Part shown: piece after piece, positions 26,124-36,894 of the stretch
How positions within the stretch are numbered: position 1 is the stretch's first letter
How the letters are laid out: each line of letters opens with the position of its first letter
IMG/VR virus record: IMGVR_UViG_3300003320_000087
Span: 62,001-126,000 of that record
Length of the DNA stretch: 64,000 nucleotides
Source of the DNA: an uncultured virus (IMG/VR IMGVR_UViG_3300003320_000087)
Lineage: Duplodnaviria > Heunggongvirae > Uroviricota > Caudoviricetes
Reading direction: 5' to 3' (one strand)
Notes under the pieces: generated by a model
What the model was told of the DNA's origin: nothing
Databases searched by the model: none
What the model saw: the letters and a program-made list of their open reading frames with translations, nothing else
Translations under genes and position numbers: made by a program

Positions 26124-26549
26124 ATGAACATGAAGAGGGTTGCTCTTTCAATTGCCGCTGTTGCTGTGCTTGCTGGTGGTCTGACTGCTTGTAATGAGGA
26201 TGACGCTGATATTGCATCGGAGAATGTTTCTAAGGCAGCGGACAACTTTGAGGTTCAGCGCCGGATTGTTTTCTTCAATGGCATTACTGACAAGTACCTT
26301 CTGACGATTGAGGGACCTTGTTCTATTAATGCCGATGACCCGAAGCAGCTTGAGGTCATTTGCAAGGTCGGGCATGAGTCTTATAAGAAGCATTTCCTTG
26401 GTCTGAGCGACAATGTTTCGTATTTTGTTGAGCAGGGTGAGCCGGTTAAGGCTTCTGCTTACCATTACCGCGTGACGTTTAAGCCTCAGAGCATTCTTCC
26501 TGACCTTGATTTCCGTGGTTCTACGTCTGACGGTCCTCGCGACCAGTAA
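26124..26549 (+). CDS. Lipoprotein
   Basis: Signal peptide with LTAC lipobox; RRIVFFNGITD. Confidence 0.7.
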   Translation: MNMKRVALSIAAVAVLAGGLTACNEDDADIASENVSKAADNFEVQRRIVFFNGITDKYLLTIEGPCSINADDPKQLEVICKVGHESYKKHFLGLSDNVSYFVEQGEPVKASAYHYRVTFKPQSILPDLDFRGSTSDGPRDQ

Positions 26550-26591
26550 GATAAGGCCGGGGCAACCCGGCAAGCTTGCAAAAGGAGAGAT

Positions 26592-26825
26592 ATGAAGACA
26601 ATAGTCCATGTCAATCAGCATGTAATCAAGGCAAATAGGTCTAACGGAGAGAACAATCCCGTTCTTACTGTGAAGACTTATAGGTCTAATGAGTATGCCC
26701 ACGAAGCAATCATTCGTGATAAGGATGGCAACGAAGTTGCCCGGGTTGTTTATAGACCTGATAATCCGCTATCTTGTGGCGCACATGTTTGGATTGAAAC
26801 AGAAAACGATGTGGAGATTCAATGA
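26592..26825 (+). CDS. Conserved phage-type hypothetical protein
   Basis: HVNQH.IK.N...VVY.PD.PLSCGA.VWIET. Confidence 0.6.
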   Translation: MKTIVHVNQHVIKANRSNGENNPVLTVKTYRSNEYAHEAIIRDKDGNEVARVVYRPDNPLSCGAHVWIETENDVEIQ

Positions 26826-27088
26826 ATTACGAAGAGATAATTGAAGGTTATAATTCTCTAAGGGAAATCTGTCTAAAGCTTGCTAAGCAAAATAACGGCA
26901 GGCTTATGGGTGCAGATTCATGGCTTCAATATGCTATTTCAGAAGGAGATATCACACTGTGGTTCTATGAGAATGGAATTGAATGTAGTGGATATACCTA
27001 CACCTCTCAGACAATGAGTGACGAGTCGTTTTCATTTAGAATTCCGATGGAATTGATTGAGGAAGAATATGCTAGAGCTGGTAATTAA
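26822..27088 (+). CDS. Hypothetical protein
   Basis: ATGA-coupled ORF. Confidence 0.55.
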   Translation: MNYEEIIEGYNSLREICLKLAKQNNGRLMGADSWLQYAISEGDITLWFYENGIECSGYTYTSQTMSDESFSFRIPMELIEEEYARAGN

Positions 27089-27506
27089 CCGGGGTGTTCC
27101 TGGAAGCGGCAAGTCAACATATGCTCGATGGTGGGTTTCTCAGGGAACGAAGGAAAATCCACGGGCAAGGGTGAACCGTGATGACATTCGGCAGCAGCTT
27201 TATGGAGTTGATTTTGGTCATCCCATTGATGAGACTGTTGTAACTGCTGTTGAGCATGCTATGATTCGTGCAGTGCTGGAGCGGGGCGTTTCTGTGATTG
27301 TGGATGATTGTAATATTTCACAGAAGTATATCACTACATTTACAAAGATTGGCAGAGAATTCGACGCCGATATCAATGTGAATACCGTTGACGTGTCTCT
27401 TGGAACTGCACTCGAACGTAATCGTAAGCGTCATGATGAAGGTGGCAGATTCGTTCCAGAGGATGTCATTATCAATATGTACAACAATATGCATGGAGTC
27501 AGTTAA
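27069..27506 (+). CDS. Polynucleotide kinase (PseT kinase domain only, AAA_33)
   Basis: RGVPGSGKST, NRDDIR, VIVDD.N, ALERN.KR, VPEDVI. Confidence 0.8.
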   Translation: MLELVINRGVPGSGKSTYARWWVSQGTKENPRARVNRDDIRQQLYGVDFGHPIDETVVTAVEHAMIRAVLERGVSVIVDDCNISQKYITTFTKIGREFDADINVNTVDVSLGTALERNRKRHDEGGRFVPEDVIINMYNNMHGVS

Positions 27507-27718
27507 TGGAATTGGTTGGAATTATTGCCTGCACTATTGTGATGGCTATTGTTGCATTCGGGTTGTTTGGTATGGGTTGGCTAGGTATCGGCGTGGGCGG
27601 CCCATCTACAGCGAATGTTGTAGGATTTGTGATATTCACTACACTTTCAATCGGTGTTGGATTTCTTTGGTGGGTTCTTGTTGGGACTCATATTCACATG
27701 AGTGTGAGTTTCGGTTGA
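27506..27718 (+). CDS. Membrane protein (2 TM)
   Basis: Two hydrophobic segments. Confidence 0.55.
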   Translation: MELVGIIACTIVMAIVAFGLFGMGWLGIGVGGPSTANVVGFVIFTTLSIGVGFLWWVLVGTHIHMSVSFG

Positions 27719-27760
27719 TTTTCGGCGGGTTCGTAAAGAGCCCGCAAGCTTGGAGGTATA

Positions 27761-28027
27761 ATGTATATAGAATCAATGTTCACTAAAGAAGAGGCAGAAA
27801 AGATTCGTGATATTCTCTTTGATAGTGGAGATGAACAGATGGTGCATGTTGCCCGTGGATTGACAATTCAAATCAATAGATTGTGGAATGAGAATCACGA
27901 CCAAAATGATGAATGTGTATGTGGTCATGTTTATCATAGACATTTTGATTCTTGGGAAGATATGCGGCCGGTTGGATGTAAGTATTGTGAGTGTGATACC
28001 TTTGCGAGTAAGCAGAAAGAAGCCTAG
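27761..28027 (+). CDS. Hypothetical zinc-binding protein
   Basis: CVCGH.YHRHFDS.E....GCKYCEC. Confidence 0.55.
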   Translation: MYIESMFTKEEAEKIRDILFDSGDEQMVHVARGLTIQINRLWNENHDQNDECVCGHVYHRHFDSWEDMRPVGCKYCECDTFASKQKEA

Positions 28028-28584
28028 GAATCCTCTGGAACTTCCTTGGTGGGCTATTAAGTCGCTTGAATGGGTTTTGATGCAATCCGACCCATACGTG
28101 TCATTGGATGATATTCTGATTCAGGCATGGACTAAGGAATCTGATGATGAAGTTTATGTGCAGTTCCTTTGGCCTGGTGGTCGTCAGGGTCTGCTATCCT
28201 TGAGGAAGGATAGTCCAAGAGATGAAGGTCCAGAGCAGTGCCCATACTTCCGGGGGGTTGGCACATGCGATTCTGGATGCTATACTGAACCTAGTTGTCA
28301 GACAGACCGACCAGAATTTGGTTGGCCATCAGAAAGGTATAAGTTTTGAAGATTTACTATTACCGAGAAGGCAATGACATGGATATCTCTGATAATGATG
28401 AAGAGGGTATGCTTTCTGATTACATTGAGGTGTCTGAAGAGGTTGGCAAGCGATGGCTTGCTGCATATAGTCAGTGGTCTGGAATGCTTCCTGAAATCTG
28501 GAGTAGGGTCCAGAGGTGAAATGATGCGGCTTCGGCCGCAAGCTTGACAGACAATATCAAGTCTGTTATGATTGATAACATCAA

Positions 28585-28668
28585 GCGGGTGTGGCGGAAC
28601 TAGGCAGACGCGATAGGTTTAGGTCCTATTGTCCTTGTGGCGTGCAGGTTCGATTCCTGTCACCCGTA
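28585..28668 (+). tRNA. tRNA-Leu(TAG)
   Basis: ATAGG-TTTAGGT-CCTAT, long variable arm. Confidence 0.92.
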
Positions 28669-28698
28669 CGTAAAGTTAAGTAGCTAAAGGAGATTGAA

Positions 28699-28875
28699 AT
28701 GGGTAAGAAGTTTAGCATTGGTCAGGAAGTCACTGATGTCAGTGGGGCCAAGGGTAAGGTTGTTGCTGTAGACTCTGACCGTGGCAAGGTTGCTATCAAG
28801 ATTACCGAAGAGGGAACTAACTCTCACATGCGTGAGGGTCGAGAGTACAGCGTTCCTGCGAAGCAAGTCAAGTAA
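28699..28875 (+). CDS. Small SH3/KOW-like protein (58 aa, not in ORF track)
   Basis: AAGGAG SD; KFSIGQEV...KGKVVAV. Confidence 0.6.
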   Translation: MGKKFSIGQEVTDVSGAKGKVVAVDSDRGKVAIKITEEGTNSHMREGREYSVPAKQVK

Positions 28876-28914
28876 CAAATACGGCGGGTTTCCCGCCAAG
28901 CTTAGGAGATTGCA

Positions 28915-29109
28915 ATGAAAAGAATAGCAAAAGATACTCCTGTAAGAGTTCATGACCCAAGAGGTGTTAATTCTCAATACAAGAATCACCTGGGAATTGT
29001 AAAAGAAAGCGAAAGGCTTCTCGGTGGTTGGTCTTACAAAGTAAGACTTAATTCCGGCCGGGTTGTTTGGTTTGATGGGTCAGAGCTAAGACCCTTGAGT
29101 AACACATGA
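28915..29109 (+). CDS. Small SH3-like protein
   Basis: PVRV...GIV...YKVRL..G...WF...EL. Confidence 0.6.
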   Translation: MKRIAKDTPVRVHDPRGVNSQYKNHLGIVKESERLLGGWSYKVRLNSGRVVWFDGSELRPLSNT

Positions 29110-29300
29110 GAGTACCAAATTGGCTAAGTAGAAAATCCTGGAAGCCCGGAGACAGAGTGGTTGTCGCTACTGGACGTCATGGCGGTAAGCGTGGTAAGGT
29201 TACTGCAAGAACCACAGCTGGAAATTATCTAGTTCTCTTTGATGGAGACAAGAAGGCAACAGAGATTTCTAAAGGCGTACTTGACCGCGATAGGAAGTAA
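29106..29300 (+). CDS. Small KOW/SH3 protein
   Basis: KPGDRVVVATGRHGGKRGKV. Confidence 0.65.
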   Translation: MRVPNWLSRKSWKPGDRVVVATGRHGGKRGKVTARTTAGNYLVLFDGDKKATEISKGVLDRDRK

Positions 29301-29488
29301 AATGCCTAGAAAAGATTTGGATGCACCAGGAATGCCGCCTAAGGCTCCTCATCCAGTAGATTGCGAAAAGGGTGGGAAGCATATTCCAAACACCCGCGAA
29401 ATGAAGCAAGACAACGGACAGCACTTGAAGTACAGTTATTGCAGAAAGTGTAGATGCATTCCGTGAAAAACCGCCCTTCGGGGCATAA

Positions 29489-29560
29489 GCCGGTGTAGCT
29501 CAGTGGGAGAGCATCTGTCTTACAAACAGAGGGTCGGGAGTTCAATTCTCTTCACCGGTA
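29489..29560 (+). tRNA. tRNA-Val(TAC)
   Basis: TCTGT-CTTACAA-ACAGA. Confidence 0.92.
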
Positions 29561-29793
29561 CGTTGGGATAAATATCGCATTTCTGGCAGAATGCGGCGGG
29601 TAGGGGTTGATTGTGCCAGCAATATAGCTCTAAAACCGGCAATGGCTTACAAAACCATTGCGTAATCCCGAAGCTTGTTCAGAGAGATGAAAGCGCTTGA
29701 TTCTCTCAGCCAAATGATTTGGGATGCATACCGATGACTTTGGTGAACCGGAGACGACTGGCGGGGGCTCCGTTACAAAACCACCCGGGTCCT

Positions 29794-29878
29794 GGCCGCA
29801 TGGCGGAATCTGGCATACGCGATGGTCTCAAAAACCATTGTCCGAAAGGAATTGAGGGTTCGAATCCCTCTGCGGCTA
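29794..29878 (+). tRNA. tRNA-Leu(CAA)
   Basis: ATGGT-CTCAAAA-ACCAT, long variable arm. Confidence 0.92.
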
Positions 29879-29896
29879 CTTACATAAAGGAGAAAC

Positions 29897-30100
29897 ATGA
29901 TGCAGTTTGCTAAGGTTGACGATGACGCCTATGATGTTCGAATGAATCTTGATACGATTAAGCGTATTTCTGAGAGCATGACTTACCTGGGTTCTGATAA
30001 TCCAGTTGATGATAATCGAAACCAGGCAATTGCCATTGGTTTTGGAAATGCCCATAAGAGGTTTTCTGAGCCTGAGGCTGTAGAGTCTTCAGAAGAGTAA
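29897..30100 (+). CDS. Hypothetical protein
   Basis: AAGGAG SD. Confidence 0.55.
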   Translation: MMQFAKVDDDAYDVRMNLDTIKRISESMTYLGSDNPVDDNRNQAIAIGFGNAHKRFSEPEAVESSEE

Positions 30101-30513
30101 AATGGCGGCCCTTCGGGGCCGCAAGCTTTTGAGAGGTGGTAAGATGACTAAATGGGTTCCAACTGGTAATAGGCTGATGGATAGAGCCTATTTGAGAGAC
30201 GGAGATTTGGTTCATACTGGTGAAGCACTGCTTGTCGCTTTGCTTTTCCATACTCGTGGAAAGACTAAGCGTGGCCAGAATGAACTTGAAGAAGTTTCTA
30301 AGATTATGAATGACCCTAATCTGAATAAGAGGAAGACAACCCGCAGAAAGCGTTAAGCATTCTGGCGGGGTTTTCCCGTTTTAGGAGACAAATGTCTAGA
30401 CAAGAAAGATTCAGGAACTGCATTAGATGCGGTAAGAAGAAGATTTCCCCTTTCCTTCCCGGTAAGGTTTGTGGGGAATGTATGGCTGAAGAACAAATTC
30501 AAAGGATTCGTGG

Positions 30514-31188
30514 ATGAACGTACTATTTGTAACTGGTGCTGGTATTTCGGCCAACGCAGGAATTAAGACCTATCGGGATGGTAGCTCATCGTGGACTGAC
30601 GGAGACCTTGAGCAAAAGTCTCACGCCTCACGATATGGAAACCACCTAGATGAGCTGTGGGATAAACACTGGGGCCCCATGAAAAAGGCCATGGATGCTG
30701 CTCAGCCTACCAAGACTCATCTTGCTATTGCTGAGTTTCAGAAGAGTAACCCAAGCATCATTGCGACTCAGAACATCGATAACTTGCATGAGCGTGCTGA
30801 TTCTGATAACGTTGCTCATCTACATGGAAGCATGGTTGTCAGGTGTTTGAGATGTAAGCAGACTGACCTTGATGCATCGTGGTTTAAGGGTGCACCATTT
30901 TGTCCTAACTGCCTATCTACAAAAACCCGGCCAGATGTGGTATTGTTTGGTGAGAAGCTGAATCTAAAGGTGTTTAATGCACTTGAGGGTTTTGCTAAGC
31001 ATGAAGCGGATGTCATTGTTGCAATTGGAACATCTCTGAATGTATTTCCAGCGGCGGGTTTGGTGATGGATAATATCTCAAAGTCTATCATTATCAACAA
31101 GGAAAAGACACCGTTTGACAAGTACGCATATAAGGTGTTTAATCAGGACTGTGATTCAGTAATCGATGAAGTTTTGGAGTCTCTGTGA
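30514..31188 (+). CDS. Sir2/CobB-family NAD-dependent deacylase
   Basis: TGAGIS..GI.TYR, TQNID.LHERA, LHG, CxxC...CxxC, RPDVVLFGE, IGTSL.V.PAA. Confidence 0.92.
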   Translation: MNVLFVTGAGISANAGIKTYRDGSSSWTDGDLEQKSHASRYGNHLDELWDKHWGPMKKAMDAAQPTKTHLAIAEFQKSNPSIIATQNIDNLHERADSDNVAHLHGSMVVRCLRCKQTDLDASWFKGAPFCPNCLSTKTRPDVVLFGEKLNLKVFNALEGFAKHEADVIVAIGTSLNVFPAAGLVMDNISKSIIINKEKTPFDKYAYKVFNQDCDSVIDEVLESL

Positions 31189-31309
31189 GAATTTATAAGG
31201 TCCATAAGAGTTTGCCATGTTCTATAAGATTTAGCCGTAGACCTTCAGGACATGTTGAAATCTGTATTTTTCGGTATGTCATTACAACAGAGCCTAAGTG
31301 AGGTAAGAT

Positions 31310-31777
31310 ATGGTAAAGTATGTCAAGGGTGACGCAACGAAGCCACAGGGTGATGGTAAGAAGATTATCGCTCATGTGTGCAATGATAAGGGTGGCTGGG
31401 GAGCTGGATTTGTTCTTGCTTTGAATAAGCTTTCCATGAAGCCACAGAAGTTGTATCGGAATATGTATGAGCGTAGGCGTGATTACTTCCTGCCTCTTGG
31501 CGCGACCCAGACTGTTTACTTGTCTGATGACCTGTACGTCTTGAATATGATTGCTCAACATGGTACAGTGAGCAAGTTGAATCCGCAGCCTCTTTGCTAT
31601 GATGCCCTTGAGATTGCTCTTGAGCAACTTGCTGAGCTTGCAATTGAGCTTGGTGCGACTGTTCATATGCCTCGTATTGGTTGCGGTCTTGCGGGGGGTT
31701 CGTGGGATGTGGTAGAATCGATTATCAACCGAACGCTAACGCTGAGGGATGTCGATGTCACAGTCTATGACCTTTGA
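31310..31777 (+). CDS. Macrodomain ADP-ribose hydrolase (TARG1/DarG-like)
   Basis: YVKGDAT, IAHVCND.GGWGAG, MPRIGCGLAGGSW. Confidence 0.88.
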   Translation: MVKYVKGDATKPQGDGKKIIAHVCNDKGGWGAGFVLALNKLSMKPQKLYRNMYERRRDYFLPLGATQTVYLSDDLYVLNMIAQHGTVSKLNPQPLCYDALEIALEQLAELAIELGATVHMPRIGCGLAGGSWDVVESIINRTLTLRDVDVTVYDL

Positions 31778-31994
31778 ACAACTTCATTTGTTTGATATTG
31801 ATATCATTCCGTGGGGTTATTGCTATGATTGCTACACCAAGACGGAGTGGAAGGTTGAGTGGTCTAGGCCATGGTGCGATGTTTGTAAGAAGCATATAAC
31901 ACCACATAATTGGTCTATGCAAAAGAAGTTTAAGGAGCTTGCCGTAAAGAATAGGTTCCTTAACAAGACTGTTAAAATTGTAGAATGGTAGACA

Positions 31995-32189
31995 ATGCGA
32001 GATTTCGTAAATGGTGACAAGGTGGAAGTACTGTCACCACGTGAGGAAAAGGGTGCCCAGGGAATTGTAACTGAGGTTACTTCTAAGGGATGCACTGTAA
32101 GAATTACTAGTTCTGGCCCTAGTTTTAAGATGACCAAGAAGATTGGTGAAGAAATCGGATATCTTAAGAGAAATCTTAGGAGAATTTGA
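31995..32189 (+). CDS. Small SH3/KOW-like protein
   Basis: FVNGDKVEV...GAQGIVTEV. Confidence 0.6.
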   Translation: MRDFVNGDKVEVLSPREEKGAQGIVTEVTSKGCTVRITSSGPSFKMTKKIGEEIGYLKRNLRRI

Positions 32190-32246
32190 TTTTGGCGGGG
32201 ATTCGTCCCCGCAAGCTTTCATTGGTACAACAAAAGGAGATAACCA

Positions 32247-34166
32247 ATGCGACCAAATTCGGCCGTAGCTACTCGAATTGGTGACCTTGGTGGAGAAAAG
32301 GTTGCCATGTCGTTTGACCAGAACAGTCTTGCTCATATCATGTCTGTTCTGACGGACTTGTATTCTGACCCGGAGCTTGCTATTGTACGAGAGTACAGCA
32401 CCAATGCTTGGGATGCACAAGTTCGGGCGGGTGTTACTAGTCCCATTGAAGTTTATACACCAAATTCTCTAAGCCCTATGTTTAAGGTTAAGGATAATGG
32501 TGTTGGAATGAATGCGGATGATATCCGCAAGGTTTATTCTCAGTATGGTGCTTCTACTAAGCGTGATTCTGATGAGTTTACAGGAATGCTTGGTCTTGGT
32601 TGTAAGGCAGCACTTACTTACACGAATCAGTTCATGGTTAATTCTGTGAAGGATGGAATTCGTACTCAGGTTGTTGTTTCCCGGACCGAAGATGGTTCTG
32701 GTATTATGGAGATTCTTTCTGAGACGGAAACTGATGACAGCAATGGTGTTGAAATCACTGTTCCTGTTAAGAAGAATAACCTTTTTCACCGCAAGTCTAC
32801 GGAGTTCTTCAGGTTTTGGCATGAGGGCACTGTCCTTCTTAATGGAGCTGAGCCAGAAAAGATTCAGGGGCGTAAGCTTACTGATGACCTAATTCTTGTT
32901 CCGAACCTTGAGAATGACTTTGTTGTTATGGGTCATGTTGCTTATCCGATTGATAGTGAGCATGCAATTCATCGGCGGGACTGGCGTTCCCGTTTTGGTG
33001 TTATTGCCAAGGTTCAGATTGGTGATGTAACCTTTACACCATCACGAGAGGCTTTGCAGTATACTATTCGTACAGAAAAGACTCTTGATGGGCTGAGGGA
33101 TAAGTTCGCTCAGAATCTAACTGCGGCGGCGCAGCGCGATATTGACGCCTGTGATAATCACATGGATGCTGCAAAGGCTTTCTGTGACTGGTCTAAGATT
33201 CTTTATGGGCACATTCAGCGTGGACATAAGTTCACTTACATGGATGAGTCTATTCCCACTGAGATTAATATCAAGGGTGGAATGAATTTCAGACTTCATT
33301 ATAGTCGCGGTGCTGTTGATGAAGCCCGCTATGAGTCTATTGATTCTCTGACGAATCGTGTGGTAATCTATAATTACACGAACGTTGATATCAAGAGTCA
33401 TAATCGTGAGAAGATTAGGCTGTGGCTTAGTCAGAGTTCCGTTCCTCAAACAAATGTAATTCTTGTTGTGGATGAACTTCCTGAGATTTTTGGTAAGTGG
33501 GTTAGTGATGAACACACATACGATTGGGAAGATGTAAAGAAGGTTAAGGCTGCTCGACAGACTGTTGAGAGGACTGAGCCAACTTATGATGTCTATACTT
33601 CTGCGGGATTCCGGTCAATGACACTCAGTACCATTGGTGATGAAAAGGTCAAGGCTATGATTTCTTCAGCTAAGTTGAAGGAGCTTGACCGAAACTTCAT
33701 TAGTTGGCTGCGCAAGGAATTTCCAGACATGCACGTTGTGCGACTTGCCAGCAATCGATGGGATAAGTTGCGGCGGGAACGAAAGAACGTCACCACGGTT
33801 CATGAGGTTCTTGTGAAGCACTACAAGAATGTGGTAGACTCTCTTACAGAGGACGACAAGATTTACATGATGTTGGATTACAACTCAAAGTACATCCTGC
33901 CGAATTTGGACGAGTCTGAAGTTCATGACCCCATGCTTGCTAAGATGATTAGGGCTAGCAAGACGCTGGTTGAATCTGATAATGTTAAGAAGTATCAGGC
34001 TGCCAGGACTATGGTGCTGCAATTTGAGTACCTTGATGAAGTTGACCTTGGCGAGATTTATCAGCCATTTGAAAAGTATCCGCTTCTTAACGCCTTGAAT
34101 CGTCATGACTACGAAACGTCACGCAATCATGCAATTCAGTATGTGAACATGGTTTACGCGATGTAA
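32247..34166 (+). CDS. rIIA: rIIA-like protein
   Basis: GHKL domain: LYSD...VRE..NAWDA, DNGVGM, YGASTK, G.LGLG.K; TPSREAL; paired with rIIB. Confidence 0.85.
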   Translation: MRPNSAVATRIGDLGGEKVAMSFDQNSLAHIMSVLTDLYSDPELAIVREYSTNAWDAQVRAGVTSPIEVYTPNSLSPMFKVKDNGVGMNADDIRKVYSQYGASTKRDSDEFTGMLGLGCKAALTYTNQFMVNSVKDGIRTQVVVSRTEDGSGIMEILSETETDDSNGVEITVPVKKNNLFHRKSTEFFRFWHEGTVLLNGAEPEKIQGRKLTDDLILVPNLENDFVVMGHVAYPIDSEHAIHRRDWRSRFGVIAKVQIGDVTFTPSREALQYTIRTEKTLDGLRDKFAQNLTAAAQRDIDACDNHMDAAKAFCDWSKILYGHIQRGHKFTYMDESIPTEINIKGGMNFRLHYSRGAVDEARYESIDSLTNRVVIYNYTNVDIKSHNREKIRLWLSQSSVPQTNVILVVDELPEIFGKWVSDEHTYDWEDVKKVKAARQTVERTEPTYDVYTSAGFRSMTLSTIGDEKVKAMISSAKLKELDRNFISWLRKEFPDMHVVRLASNRWDKLRRERKNVTTVHEVLVKHYKNVVDSLTEDDKIYMMLDYNSKYILPNLDESEVHDPMLAKMIRASKTLVESDNVKKYQAARTMVLQFEYLDEVDLGEIYQPFEKYPLLNALNRHDYETSRNHAIQYVNMVYAM

Positions 34167-34221
34167 TCGCGGCGGGCTTTATGCCCGCAAGCTTCCTAAG
34201 ATATCTAATAAGGAGTAATAA

Positions 34222-35184
34222 ATGAGTTTTCCATTTAGCATCTTCCGTTTCTCTGAGTCCGATGAAGTTAATCTGACTGCATTCATTGATGGAGAGATGT
34301 ATTCTTGCACAAGCGGTCATGACAATTATGACCGCATTAAGGAAATGTGCGAAGCGGGCGATGCTTCTGTTGTTGCCCTGTTCGATGTTTCTGCTGCTGC
34401 TGAAGAGCGTTTTCGGCGGCTTTCTGAGCGGGTTTCCATCAGTGGTGGCGTTATCTACTTTGATGGTGAGCCAGTAAACAATGCTCTAACCGAGCAGGTT
34501 GTTCGATTCATTAATGAGGGTGTTGAAGACTTCAATCCTCTGATTCTCTTTTTCGAGAAGGTTCAGACGAATCCAAATCCTCACAGCCGTGAGCAGCTTT
34601 ACCGTTGGCTTAACGACAGGTCTTTCACGATTAACCCGGACGGCAACATTCTTGCTTACAAGGGCGTCCGGAAGGTTGGCGATGCTTATGAGAGCATTCA
34701 CCACGGTCGTGCTGTTGTAGATGGTGAGGTTCACAATGGTGCCATTCCTAACCCGATTGGCGCGGTTATTGAGATGCCTCGCGGAGAAGTTCAGCATGAC
34801 CCGTCTCGCGGGTGCCATACTGGTCTTCACGCCGGTACGTGGAATTACGCAAGTGGATTTGCTGAGGGTGCAGTTCTGACTGTCGAGATTAATCCACGGG
34901 ACGTAGTTTCCGTACCAACGGACTGTCAGGACCAAAAGATGCGCGTTTGCCGGTACACTGTTGTTGAGGTTGTAGACCAGGAGCTTCCTGGTGCTCTTCA
35001 TGGTACGGTTGACACGCCGGATGTTGATGAGTATGATGAAGAGTCTACTGAAGAGGAACTTGGACCAAAGTTTGACAACATTCGGAATGTCCAGACGTAT
35101 CAGCCGGTAGGACATCTGTACACCGTTCCTTATCCTTATGATGAAGATGATGATGACGAGTACGATGCACCCTGGAATCAGTAA
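34222..35184 (+). CDS. rIIB: rIIB-like protein
   Basis: NP....EQLY.WL, DG.ILAYK, C..GLH, NPRDVVSVP.D...KMRVCRY. Confidence 0.85.
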   Translation: MSFPFSIFRFSESDEVNLTAFIDGEMYSCTSGHDNYDRIKEMCEAGDASVVALFDVSAAAEERFRRLSERVSISGGVIYFDGEPVNNALTEQVVRFINEGVEDFNPLILFFEKVQTNPNPHSREQLYRWLNDRSFTINPDGNILAYKGVRKVGDAYESIHHGRAVVDGEVHNGAIPNPIGAVIEMPRGEVQHDPSRGCHTGLHAGTWNYASGFAEGAVLTVEINPRDVVSVPTDCQDQKMRVCRYTVVEVVDQELPGALHGTVDTPDVDEYDEESTEEELGPKFDNIRNVQTYQPVGHLYTVPYPYDEDDDDEYDAPWNQ

Positions 35185-35595
35185 TTGATTCCGCCCCCTG
35201 AATTGGGGGCAAGCTTTCTAATAAAGGAGAAGGAAATGCTATTCTACATTCAAGAACGTTCGACTGGAAAGCCTTGCCGACTCGACAGGGATGATAATAT
35301 TGTTCCATGCGATGACTTTGCCGATATGGTAATCATTCGTGATATGGAATACGCAAGAGGTCTTGTGGCAAACGACTACAGGTTTTGTGCAAGGGTATTC
35401 TTCGGGCAGATTATCTAAGGAGGTATATTTATGCGAGAATTTGTACGCAAGCTGATGGATAGGGATTGGTACCCTGAAGACGATGTTCCAGAATTTTCTA
35501 CGATTGAAGAAGAGGACTTCTGGAAGCCGGGCGGATGGATTGATAATAGGTCACACTGGCAACAGTATGACGAAATGCCATGGAATGGATGAGTA

Positions 35596-36369
35596 ATGAA
35601 GGTTATGGTCCTTGGGGACACACATGGTGAGACTCAGTGGCTGAAGAATATGGTTAATAAGGCCAAGCGAATGGGTTGTGACCGAATTCTTCAGGTTGGC
35701 GATTTTGGTATTTGGACTCACGAAGCAGAGGGTCACCGCTTTCTTGATACTGCAAATGAGGAACTACGACGAAATGGTTTGAAGTTGTATTTTCTCGGCG
35801 GGAATCATGAAAACTGGGACCACCTCAATTGGTGGGAAAAGAACAACGCGAAGTCTTATCACGGACACGTATATGTTAGGTCTCACATTCTTTATACCGG
35901 GCGAGTTAATCGTTGGGTATGGGGAGAAAAGGGTTCTGAGAAAGTTTTTCAGGTTGTAGGTGGTGCTGTTTCTGTAGACAAGAATCATCGTACAGTTGGA
36001 AAGACTCTGTGGCTTGATGAGGAAATTCCTGAGCGGGTTGTTTATGGACTTGAGAAGGCTAACCGTCCATGTGATTATCTGTTCACACACGATGCACCTA
36101 CCTGTGTTCCGATGAGCAATTTGAAGCCTGACATTGATTCTGCTAGGCATCGTGGATATATGGACCGAATTGGGCGGGCTACCCGGCCGAACCTTTGGTT
36201 CCATGGCCACTATCATAAGTGGATGGAATATTCCTTTATGCACCAGCAGGGCTATTCATTTGTTTATGGGCTTGACCGCGATTTCCAATTTTACAGTTAT
36301 GTGATTTTGGACACAGATTCTGATAGCGTAAAGATGGCAACTGGCAAGGTTATCGAGCACGGGAATTGA
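35596..36369 (+). CDS. Calcineurin-like metallophosphoesterase
   Basis: GDTHG, GDFG, GNHE, THDAP, HGHYH. Confidence 0.88.
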   Translation: MKVMVLGDTHGETQWLKNMVNKAKRMGCDRILQVGDFGIWTHEAEGHRFLDTANEELRRNGLKLYFLGGNHENWDHLNWWEKNNAKSYHGHVYVRSHILYTGRVNRWVWGEKGSEKVFQVVGGAVSVDKNHRTVGKTLWLDEEIPERVVYGLEKANRPCDYLFTHDAPTCVPMSNLKPDIDSARHRGYMDRIGRATRPNLWFHGHYHKWMEYSFMHQQGYSFVYGLDRDFQFYSYVILDTDSDSVKMATGKVIEHGN

Positions 36370-36456
36370 GTCATTTGCCATTTGAAAATAAACCTTCTAT
36401 AATTGACTTTATGGAGGTTGAAGCCTCCGAAAGTTTGAAGGAGGTGTAACATTCAA

Positions 36457-36894
36457 ATGGCAAATGATGAAAAGGCTCCAGAGTCACGTATCCTTTCTAA
36501 GGAAGAGCGTGCTGAGGCACTAAAGGCTTCTGATGCTAAGGCTGCAAAGCAGGAGTACAAGCCTTACACGTCAGTTGACGCCGTTGAACCACATGGTCCA
36601 CATGGTGTTGAGGAGGCTGCCGCTAAGCGTGCTAAGGATGCTGGTGTGACTGACCCTGCCTTCGTTAATTACGAAGAGGCTCTAGAGAATTACCAGGCCC
36701 GTCCTGACGTTGAGCCACTAAATGAGCGTCGTGCTCGTGAGGGTGGTCGTGATTTCAACGCAGCTTCATTCCGTCGTGAGGTTGGAGGAACGGACAATGC
36801 AGGAGTAACCACTTCTGAGGACGTTTCTACAGATTCTGATGACGACAAGACAGCAAACAAGACTTCCGCTGTTCGTAAGCCTGCATCTAAGTAA
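36457..36894 (+). CDS. Hypothetical charged protein
   Basis: GGAGGTG SD; low-complexity charged ORF. Confidence 0.6.
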   Translation: MANDEKAPESRILSKEERAEALKASDAKAAKQEYKPYTSVDAVEPHGPHGVEEAAAKRAKDAGVTDPAFVNYEEALENYQARPDVEPLNERRAREGGRDFNAASFRREVGGTDNAGVTTSEDVSTDSDDDKTANKTSAVRKPASK

